This document shows, piece after piece, positions 18,286 through 26,145 of a stretch of 47,270 bases of DNA. Location: the NCBI GenBank assembly GCA_027251445.1, contig JAPNQO010000113.1:1-47270 (forward strand), written 5' to 3'. Within the stretch, counting starts at the first letter, position 1, and each line of letters starts with the position of its first letter. The stretch is from Fidelibacterota bacterium (GTDB taxonomy: Bacteria > Fidelibacterota > Marinisomatia > Marinisomatales > TCS55). The position numbers and the translations under genes were made by a program. The notes under the pieces are model-generated. The model was not told where the DNA came from and made no database searches. It worked only from the letters and a program-made list of their open reading frames with translations.

Positions 18286-19537
18286 TATAAATCATACCTT
18301 AGAAAAGTTATTTCGATTACAACGATTAGGAATAAAAGTTGGATTGGAACATACCTATGAATTATTGAATAGATGTGGTAACCCTCATAATAATCTAAGA
18401 ACTATTCATTTAGCTGGCACAAATGGAAAAGGGTCTACAGCAGCTATGGTTCAAAGTATTTTACGTAATGCTGGTTTAAAAGTTGGGTTATATACATCAC
18501 CACATTTAGTAAGTTTTAATGAAAGAATTAGAGTAAACGGAACTCAAGTTTCAAATAATTTTATTATTGATTTCATGAAAAAATTCAACGATGATATTGA
18601 TGAAATAAAATCTACCTTTTTTGAAACAACAACCGTTTTAGCATTATATTATTTTAACTATAAGAAAGTTGATGTCGCAGTTATTGAAACTGGATTAGGG
18701 GGGCGGCTAGATTCAACGAATGTTCTAGATACTGACCTTACCATTATTACTCCTATTGATATTGATCACCAAAATATACTAGGGCATACTATTAAAGAAA
18801 TAGCATCAGAGAAAGCAGGTATAATAAAAAAAAACACTCCGGTTATTTCTTCACATCAGCATAAAGAAGTAATGAAAATTCTAAGTAATCGGGCAAAATC
18901 TATAAATACTAAAATAATTATATCTCAAAAGCCTGAAAAAATTACTATTGATTACTTTTCAACAAGGTTTAATGTAAATAATAAAAGTTACTCAATTCCA
19001 TTATTAGGAGAGCATCAAGCTGATAATGCAGCCTTAGCAATTCAAGCTGTACGTATTTTTAAACCAAAACTAAACTACAATATTATTAGCGATGGTCTTA
19101 TTAATACGGTGTGGCCAGGCCGCTTCCACCTTCTTGATAAAAAGCTGCCCATTTTCTATGATGTCGCCCATAATCAGGCAGGGATTAACTCCATTAGAAA
19201 TACTTTAAAATATTTAAATGTACATAAAAAAGTTGGCTTGATAATATTAAAAGAAGATAAAGATATTGATAATATAGCTCATTCTTTAAATGGATTATTT
19301 AATGAATTAATTGTTTCTACAATACCTGATTCACAGTTAATGGGCATAAAAAAACTATTTAATTATCTAAATAAAAATAATATTAAATGCAAAACGGTTA
19401 ATCCTATTGAGGAAGCTTTTAAATACATGACTAATCAAGCTGAGAATGGAGCTATAAGCATCATTTTTGGTAGTCATTATGCGGCAAAATCAATTTATAA
19501 ATTTTTTGAAATTAATTTTGACAATGTAACTATATAA
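18260..19537 (+). CDS. folC: Folylpolyglutamate synthase/dihydrofolate synthase
   Basis: HLAGTNGKGST, YTSPHL, ETGLGGRLDSTN, WPGRF, DVAHN. Confidence 0.95.
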   Translation: MLKQHESADINHTLEKLFRLQRLGIKVGLEHTYELLNRCGNPHNNLRTIHLAGTNGKGSTAAMVQSILRNAGLKVGLYTSPHLVSFNERIRVNGTQVSNNFIIDFMKKFNDDIDEIKSTFFETTTVLALYYFNYKKVDVAVIETGLGGRLDSTNVLDTDLTIITPIDIDHQNILGHTIKEIASEKAGIIKKNTPVISSHQHKEVMKILSNRAKSINTKIIISQKPEKITIDYFSTRFNVNNKSYSIPLLGEHQADNAALAIQAVRIFKPKLNYNIISDGLINTVWPGRFHLLDKKLPIFYDVAHNQAGINSIRNTLKYLNVHKKVGLIILKEDKDIDNIAHSLNGLFNELIVSTIPDSQLMGIKKLFNYLNKNNIKCKTVNPIEEAFKYMTNQAENGAISIIFGSHYAAKSIYKFFEINFDNVTI

Positions 19538-19545
19538 TGTAATTT
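19518..19545 (+). promoter_or_regulatory. Candidate rho promoter TTGACA-N16-TAATTT
   Basis: Perfect -35 TTGACA at 19518-19523 and TAATTT at 19540-19545; SD AAAGGA before the ATG at 19626. Confidence 0.5.
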
Positions 19546-19625
19546 ATATAACTGGGTGACTTCGAAGCGCCACAAATTTTCCCCTAATAGTATTTTTTAC
19601 ATAATTTATTTAAAGGAATCGTCTT

Positions 19626-20873
19626 ATGGATGTTAATCAATTACAATCCCAAAATATTGGGGAGTTAACTAAATTTGCAAATGAATTGGAGGTTGAAGAA
19701 TTTTCAGGTTTAAGCAAACAAGAGCTTATTGTAAAAATTCTTGAAGCTCATAATAAAAAAGAAGGCATTCTTCAAGCTCGCGGGGTCTTAGAGGTATTAA
19801 AAGAAGGATATGGTTTTTTAAGAAGTCCTGATTTTAATTATCTTCCTGGACCAGATGATATATATGTTAGCCCATCTCAAATTAAACGTTTTAGCTTACG
19901 AACAGGTCACCAGGTATTTGGCGAAATTCGCCCTCCTAAACAAAAAGAACGATTCTATGCTTTACTAAAATTAGAGGCTGTAAATGATTTTCCCCCAGAT
20001 AATGTAAAAAAGGCTACTTTATTTGATAACTTTACACCACTATACCCTGAGGAAAAATTCACTCTTGAAGTAGATAAAAAAGATATGTCTACAAGAATAA
20101 TGGATCTTGTATCTCCTATTGGTAAAGGTCAGCGTGGATTAATTGTTGCACAGCCAAAAACAGGAAAAACAATTTTGTTGCAGAAAATTGCAAATGCAAT
20201 AAGGTCTAATCATCCAAAAACTAAATTACTTATTTTATTAATTGATGAAAGGCCAGAAGAGGTAACTGATATGAAACGTAATGTTGATGCAGAAGTTGTA
20301 AGCTCAACATTTGACGAGGCCCCAGAACGTCATGTATCTGTAGCGGATATGGTTATTCAAAAAGCAAGAAGAATGGTAGAGTTTGGTGATGATGTTGTAA
20401 TCCTTCTAGATAGTATTACGAGATTGGGAAGAGCCCATAATGCGGTTATCCCTCATAGTGGTAAAATCTTATCTGGGGGTGTTGATGCAAATGCTCTTAA
20501 AAAACCAAAACAATTTTTTGGTGCAGCAAGAAATACAGAAGAAGGTGGTAGCCTAACAATAATTGCAACGGCATTAATTGATACAGGGAGTAGAATGGAC
20601 GATGTAATTTTTGAAGAATTTAAAGGAACTGGTAATATGGAACTAGTGCTTGACAGACGTTTGAGCGATCGAAGAATTTACCCTTCATTTGATTTAGTGC
20701 GCTCTGGGACTAGAAAAGAAGAGTTGTTGCTTGATAAAAAAACTTTAGCGAGAATGTGGATATTAAGAAAATTACTGAATGAGATGAATACCATTGAATC
20801 TATGGAGTTCCTACAAGAAAGAATAAGAAGAACAAAGACAAATGATGAATTCCTTGATACAATGAGTCAATAA
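19626..20873 (+). CDS. rho: Transcription termination factor Rho
   Basis: [23 protein letters not shown]...[25 protein letters not shown]. Confidence 0.99.
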   Translation: MDVNQLQSQNIGELTKFANELEVEEFSGLSKQELIVKILEAHNKKEGILQARGVLEVLKEGYGFLRSPDFNYLPGPDDIYVSPSQIKRFSLRTGHQVFGEIRPPKQKERFYALLKLEAVNDFPPDNVKKATLFDNFTPLYPEEKFTLEVDKKDMSTRIMDLVSPIGKGQRGLIVAQPKTGKTILLQKIANAIRSNHPKTKLLILLIDERPEEVTDMKRNVDAEVVSSTFDEAPERHVSVADMVIQKARRMVEFGDDVVILLDSITRLGRAHNAVIPHSGKILSGGVDANALKKPKQFFGAARNTEEGGSLTIIATALIDTGSRMDDVIFEEFKGTGNMELVLDRRLSDRRIYPSFDLVRSGTRKEELLLDKKTLARMWILRKLLNEMNTIESMEFLQERIRRTKTNDEFLDTMSQ

Positions 20874-20910
20874 TCTTTCATTTTTAATCAATTTCTATAG
20901 GATAATCAAC

Positions 20911-21837
20911 ATTAATAAAATATCAGAGCATAAAGCTGTTGTAGTATCTTTAATTACAGATAAGCCTGTAAAGAAGACACCATATCAAATTAAGGGTGTC
21001 TTTATGCGTAATTTTTCATCTTTTGATATAATACCAATGCTTAACGGTAAGTATCGTGATAGGTATTTATACCCAAGAGTGCAAGTAAAGGTAATAAACG
21101 AACAAATATTTATCATTGGTATTGGTCATGGTGTTGCCCCTGTTTTACAATTAACAGAAAAAATAAAAACACTAGATTTTGGAGATATAACTTTTGAGAT
21201 ATTGGACAAAGATTATGAGGAAAACAAAAATGTATTTGAATTTAATAAAGATACAATTGAATATAGTTTTCTGACTCCTTGGGCAGCTTTAAATAAAAAC
21301 TCTTTTAAAACATATAAAAACTTAGAATCAAAAGACAAAGCAAATTTTTTAAATAAGTTACTTGGGAAAAACCTTGCATTTATATCTAATGAATTGAATT
21401 TAAATCCACCTGATGAGTTTATGTCTAAGATAAAAGTTAAGTCTATTGAATCTTCACCTATAGATGATAAATGGGGGGGCTTTGAAGGAAATTTTATATC
21501 CAATATCAATCTTCCAAATTTAATTGGGCTAGGAAATGGAATAACTAGAGGATTTGGGACTTTATTGAATCTGGATTCTTCTCAATTGACGGATTTAGAC
21601 ACCCTGGGTTTTACTAAACTTGATGAGAATGAATACTTCGAATCTGATTCATTAAAAATTGATATTAATGATTTCAAATTAAATATTAATGAAAAGAAAA
21701 GAAAACATAGATCGCGAAGGAAAAAAACACATAGATCAAAAAGAATCAATAAAGATAATCATATTAGTAATAAAAAAAATAATGATGAACCTAATTTTAA
21801 TACTGAATTATACCATCAAAAGCAGCATAAAGTTTAA
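20911..21837 (+). CDS. cas6: Orphan Cas6 (Cas6b-like RAMP) protein with a basic C-terminal extension; probable ATT start at 20911 (first ATG at 21004)
   Basis: G-rich loop GLGNGITRGFG (GhGx5GhG) at 21526-21558; Cas6b-like blocks YPRVQVKVI...IIGIGHG, YSFLTPWAALN, GFEGNFISNINLP. Confidence 0.8.
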   Translation: MNKISEHKAVVVSLITDKPVKKTPYQIKGVFMRNFSSFDIIPMLNGKYRDRYLYPRVQVKVINEQIFIIGIGHGVAPVLQLTEKIKTLDFGDITFEILDKDYEENKNVFEFNKDTIEYSFLTPWAALNKNSFKTYKNLESKDKANFLNKLLGKNLAFISNELNLNPPDEFMSKIKVKSIESSPIDDKWGGFEGNFISNINLPNLIGLGNGITRGFGTLLNLDSSQLTDLDTLGFTKLDENEYFESDSLKIDINDFKLNINEKKRKHRSRRKKTHRSKRINKDNHISNKKNNDEPNFNTELYHQKQHKV

Positions 21838-21840
21838 AAT

Positions 21841-23037
21841 ATGTCCAACCTAAAACTCTCTGATCGTGTTAATAAGGTTAAGCCTTCGTTTACTTTAGAA
21901 ATGACAAGTAGAGCCGCTGAATTACGCTCTAAAGGTGTAGATGTAATTAATCTGAGCGTCGGCGAGCCAGATTTCAACACCCCTGAGCATATAATCCAAG
22001 CGGGCAAAGATGCTATGGATGAGGGGTTTACTAAATATACTGCTGGGTCTGGGATGCTAGAGCTGAGGGAAGCAATTTGTGAAAAGCTTTTAAGAGAAAA
22101 CAGTTTAAAGTTTAGTCCTGATCAAGTTCTTGTCTCAAACGGTGAAAAACAAAGTCTGTACAATGCTTGTCAGGCGTTGTTTAATAAAGGTGATGAAGTA
22201 ATTATTTTTTCACCATATTGGGTTTCATTCCCTGAATTTGTTCGATTGTCAGATGCAGAGCCAGTAATAGTTTCAACAGATTCCAAAAATCAATTTGAGC
22301 CAAACTTCGATGAATTATTATCTAAAATAAATAGTAAAACAAAAGGAATGATAATTAATTCTCCATCTAACCCAACAGGCGGGGTATGGTCAAATAATGC
22401 AATAAATAAAATTTTAGAGATTTCTAAAGAAAATAATTTGATTGTAATATCTGATGAATGCTATGAAAAGCTAGTTTTTGATGAAAAATTTGTAAGTACT
22501 GAAAAACTTAATAGTTATAATACAGAAGTAATAACCTGTATGAGTTTATCTAAGACATACGCTATGACTGGTTGGAGAATAGGATATGCCGTAGGAAAAC
22601 ATAAAATAATTAAAGCAATGAGTAAATTGCAGGGGCAGGCAACATCCTGCGCAAACTCTATTGGACAAAAAGCTGCAATTGCAGCTTTAACTGGTGATCA
22701 GAAATGTGTAAATGATATGCGAAAAAAATATAAAGAAAGAAGAGATTTAATGATTCAATTATTAAATCAAATAAAAAATGTAGATTGTGTTGTCCCTGGC
22801 GGCGCTTTTTATGCTTTCCCAGATTTTTCTCATTATTTAGGGAAAAAAAATAATGGACAAATAATAAACGATTCTTTTAAACTTTGTGATTACATTTTAG
22901 ATGCCGCAAAAGTAGTGACTGTACCAGGTGATGGGTTTGGAGCCCCTGGACATATTAGATTCTCATATGCTGTTAGCAAGGAAACAATTCGAAGTGGTAT
23001 TGATGGGGTTGTTATGGCATTAAACGATTTAAATTGA
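21841..23037 (+). CDS. PLP-dependent class I/II aminotransferase (aspartate aminotransferase-like)
   Basis: GEPDF, NSPSNPTG, SDECY, SKTYAMTGWRIG, GAFY, IRFSYA. Confidence 0.93.
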   Translation: MSNLKLSDRVNKVKPSFTLEMTSRAAELRSKGVDVINLSVGEPDFNTPEHIIQAGKDAMDEGFTKYTAGSGMLELREAICEKLLRENSLKFSPDQVLVSNGEKQSLYNACQALFNKGDEVIIFSPYWVSFPEFVRLSDAEPVIVSTDSKNQFEPNFDELLSKINSKTKGMIINSPSNPTGGVWSNNAINKILEISKENNLIVISDECYEKLVFDEKFVSTEKLNSYNTEVITCMSLSKTYAMTGWRIGYAVGKHKIIKAMSKLQGQATSCANSIGQKAAIAALTGDQKCVNDMRKKYKERRDLMIQLLNQIKNVDCVVPGGAFYAFPDFSHYLGKKNNGQIINDSFKLCDYILDAAKVVTVPGDGFGAPGHIRFSYAVSKETIRSGIDGVVMALNDLN

Positions 23038-23047
23038 AGGAGTAAAT

Positions 23048-23296
23048 ATGAAAAAAGAAATTCATCCAGATTATCATCCAGTTGTTTTTGTTGATTCTGC
23101 AACAGGGGATGAAATTCTAACAAAATCAACTATCACTAGCGATGAAAAAAGAGATATTGACGGTATATCTCATTATGTAGTGTACTGTGATATAACATCT
23201 TTTACGCATCCATTTTATACAGGTAAACAAAAATTAGTTGATACTGCTGGGCGTATTGAAAAATATCAGAAGAAGTATAAAAAAACATCAAAGTAG
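23048..23296 (+). CDS. rpmE2: 50S ribosomal protein L31 type B
   Basis: MKKEIHPDY...HPFYTGKQKLVDTAGRIEK; 82 aa, no CxC/CxxC pairs; SD GAAGGAG. Confidence 0.95.
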   Translation: MKKEIHPDYHPVVFVDSATGDEILTKSTITSDEKRDIDGISHYVVYCDITSFTHPFYTGKQKLVDTAGRIEKYQKKYKKTSK

Positions 23297-23311
23297 CTAG
23301 CTTTTTAATTT

Positions 23312-23348
23312 AATAGCCTTATAAATTTTTTTATGAGGCTATTTTTTT
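23312..23348 (+). terminator. Rho-independent terminator after rpmE2
   Basis: AATAGCCTTATAA / TTATGAGGCTATT stem (one G-U pair) followed by a T run. Confidence 0.75.
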
Positions 23349-23365
23349 ATATTTCTTAAAAGAAT

Positions 23366-24427
23366 ATGAAAGAAAAACTTAAACAAATAATAGATCGTTT
23401 TAAGGAGCTAGAATCTCTATTAGCTGATCCAAAAATAATTTCTGATAATGACAAATTAAAAGAGACGGCTAAAGAGCATACACATATTAATATAGTTATT
23501 CCTAAGGCAAATAGATATTTAGTATTAGTTAATGAAATTGAAGAGAATAAGCTTTTATTAAATAGCGATGATGATGAATTAAAAAGCTTAGCTATGGAAG
23601 AGATTTTACAAATGGAAAAAGAACTAATTGATCTGGAGGATGAACTTAAAATTTTATTAATACCTAAAGATCCAAATGATGATAAAAATACTATAATTGA
23701 GATCCGAGCTGGAACTGGAGGGGAAGAAGCAGCTTTGTTTGCAGCAGACTTATTTAGAATGTATAGTAAGTTTGCTGAGATAAATGGATGGACACGAGAA
23801 GTTATGGCAAGTAATGGCACTGGAATAGGTGGATTTAAAGAAATAATTTTTTCTGTTAAGGGTAGTTCAGTATATGGTATGATGAAATTTGAAAGTGGCG
23901 TACATAGAGTACAGCGAGTACCAAAGACTGAAACAGGAGGCCGTCTTCATACATCAGCAGCTACAGTTGCAGTCTTACCTGAGGCAGAAGACGCGGAAAT
24001 TGATGTAAGTGAGTCAGATCTTAAAATTGATACTTATAGAGCTAGTGGAGCTGGTGGTCAGCATGTTAATAAAACAGAATCTGCTATTCGAATAACACAT
24101 ATTCCTACAGGGTTAGTAGTAACATGTCAAGATGAGAAATCTCAACATAAAAATCGTACTGCCGCAATGAAAGTTCTAAAGTCCCGTCTTTTAGCTCAAG
24201 AAGAAGAGAGACTTGCAAAAGAAAGAGCAGATGCGCGAAAATCAATGGTTTCAACAGGAGATAGATCTGCAAAAATAAGAACATATAATTTTCCTCAGGG
24301 AAGGATAACAGATCACCGAATAAATTTTACTTCATACCAATTAGATGGCGTTATGGATGGGCAATTAAATGAATTTATAGAACAATTAAAAATTGCCGAC
24401 CAACAAGCGTTACTTCAAACTGAATAA
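23366..24427 (+). CDS. prfA: Peptide chain release factor 1
   Basis: [17 protein letters not shown] (PxT), GAGGQHVN; followed by prmC. Confidence 0.98.
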   Translation: MKEKLKQIIDRFKELESLLADPKIISDNDKLKETAKEHTHINIVIPKANRYLVLVNEIEENKLLLNSDDDELKSLAMEEILQMEKELIDLEDELKILLIPKDPNDDKNTIIEIRAGTGGEEAALFAADLFRMYSKFAEINGWTREVMASNGTGIGGFKEIIFSVKGSSVYGMMKFESGVHRVQRVPKTETGGRLHTSAATVAVLPEAEDAEIDVSESDLKIDTYRASGAGGQHVNKTESAIRITHIPTGLVVTCQDEKSQHKNRTAAMKVLKSRLLAQEEERLAKERADARKSMVSTGDRSAKIRTYNFPQGRITDHRINFTSYQLDGVMDGQLNEFIEQLKIADQQALLQTE

Positions 24428-24430
24428 GCT

Positions 24431-25303
24431 TTGCAAGCACCCGTAATAAAGAACAGCCCTGCGCGGGTTATAGATATAATTAAATGGGCTGACAATTATT
24501 TTTCATTAAATGGATTTGAAAACCCACGTATTGAAATTGAGTGGTTATTAGAAGAAATCTTAAATTGTAAAAAAGTTGATTTGTATTTGCGGTATGAGGA
24601 GCAGTTATCTTTAAAGCAGCTTAATAAACTACACACTTGGATGAATAGGAGAATTAAGAAGGAACCTATTCAATACATTATTGGAAAATGTGAGTTTTAT
24701 GGAAGAAGTTTTATTGTAAATAAGGATGTCTTTATACCTCGAGCTGAAACGGAAACATTAATTAATATTGTTTTATCGATATTAGGCAATATTCCAGGCC
24801 AAAATATTTTAGATATTTGTACAGGGTCTGGATCTATAGCTGTAACCCTAGCAAAAGAACTTAATAAAGCAAATATTTCTGCAATAGATATATCTAAAAA
24901 AGCTTTAGAGGTTGCAATGATTAATGCTAGAAGACACAAGGTTGATATTAATTTTGAACAATTAGATATATTAACAACTACATATAACCATAAAATAGAT
25001 ATGCTAGTATGCAATCCACCATATATTCCTATCAGTGAGATGGGTATGTTAATGGAGGATATAAGATTGTACGAGCCTGAGATTGCTCTTACAGATGGGA
25101 ATGATGGGTTACTGTTCTATAAGCGAATAAGTAAGCTAGCCCCTACAATAGTAAAGCCTGGTGGGCAGATTGTTCTTGAGGTTGGGCTAAACCAGCACCC
25201 AACTCTTGTAAAAAATATTTTTGGCGTAAAACCTTTCACTGATTTACAAATAATATCAGATTTAAATGGAGACCCAAGAATTTTGAAAGCATCAATTAAT
25301 TGA
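24431..25303 (+). CDS. prmC: Release factor glutamine methyltransferase
   Basis: EPIQYI, IPRAETE, LDICTGSG, NPPY, EPEIAL. Confidence 0.95.
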   Translation: MQAPVIKNSPARVIDIIKWADNYFSLNGFENPRIEIEWLLEEILNCKKVDLYLRYEEQLSLKQLNKLHTWMNRRIKKEPIQYIIGKCEFYGRSFIVNKDVFIPRAETETLINIVLSILGNIPGQNILDICTGSGSIAVTLAKELNKANISAIDISKKALEVAMINARRHKVDINFEQLDILTTTYNHKIDMLVCNPPYIPISEMGMLMEDIRLYEPEIALTDGNDGLLFYKRISKLAPTIVKPGGQIVLEVGLNQHPTLVKNIFGVKPFTDLQIISDLNGDPRILKASIN

Positions 25304-26145
25304 ATAAAATCATAGCCTATATAATAGTCATGAGGCCTATAAATATCATGGTTTCTGGCTCTGCATCCTTTATGAGTGCATATATTTTAGATGATTTTGA
25401 AAATAGTCTAATAAAATATTATACATTGATTGTTGTTGTTTGTTATACTGGAGCTGCAAACGCATTCAATGATTATTGTGATTATGAAATTGATTTAATT
25501 AACCAACCTCAAAGGCCATTAAGTCGTGGATTATTAACAATTAATGAGGCTTTTATATTTTCAATAATCTTATTTTTTCTTGGTTCTTTAGTATCACTTT
25601 TTCTACCATTTAAAGCCATATTTTTATCCGTCGGTGTAGCTTTGCCTTTGATGATAATTTATAGCTTGAAATTAAAAGGTATCCCATTAATAGGTAATGT
25701 AGTTGTTTCAATTATTCTTGGTTTATCTTTTATTTTCTTCGGGCTTTCCCATGGGAATATGTATCCAATGATCATACCTGCTCTGCTAGCCTTTGGATTA
25801 ACTTTATTAAGAGAATTAATAAAAGATATTGCAGATATTGAAGGAGATAAGAAAAAAGATTTAAAAACTCTTCCTATAGTTTTAGGCGGAAATAAATCAA
25901 TTTTGGTTTCATATTTTTTTATTTTTTTAATAGGCTTTGGTGCTTTAATACCATATTATTTTAATTATTATGGTAATTATTATTTACTTTTATTGATTGC
26001 TGGGGTTGAGATTCCTTTAGTTATAATAGTGTATTATTTTATGAGATTACCTTTAACAAGTTCTGCGAAAAAAAGTGCCAATTTGCTCAAGTTCAGCATA
26101 ATTGTCGGTCTAATAGCAATATTTATTGATAATTATGTCAGCTGA
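25300..26145 (+). CDS. UbiA-family prenyltransferase, DGGGP-synthase-like
   Basis: MRPIN, NDYCDYEIDLINQPQRPL, YSLKLKGIPLIGN, RELIKDIADIEGD; multi-TM. Confidence 0.8.
   Translation: MNKIIAYIIVMRPINIMVSGSASFMSAYILDDFENSLIKYYTLIVVVCYTGAANAFNDYCDYEIDLINQPQRPLSRGLLTINEAFIFSIILFFLGSLVSLFLPFKAIFLSVGVALPLMIIYSLKLKGIPLIGNVVVSIILGLSFIFFGLSHGNMYPMIIPALLAFGLTLLRELIKDIADIEGDKKKDLKTLPIVLGGNKSILVSYFFIFLIGFGALIPYYFNYYGNYYLLLLIAGVEIPLVIIVYYFMRLPLTSSAKKSANLLKFSIIVGLIAIFIDNYVS

Noticed and set aside
19552..19582. tRNA fragment suggested by TTCGAA
   Set aside because: No cloverleaf can be formed; only a small hairpin.
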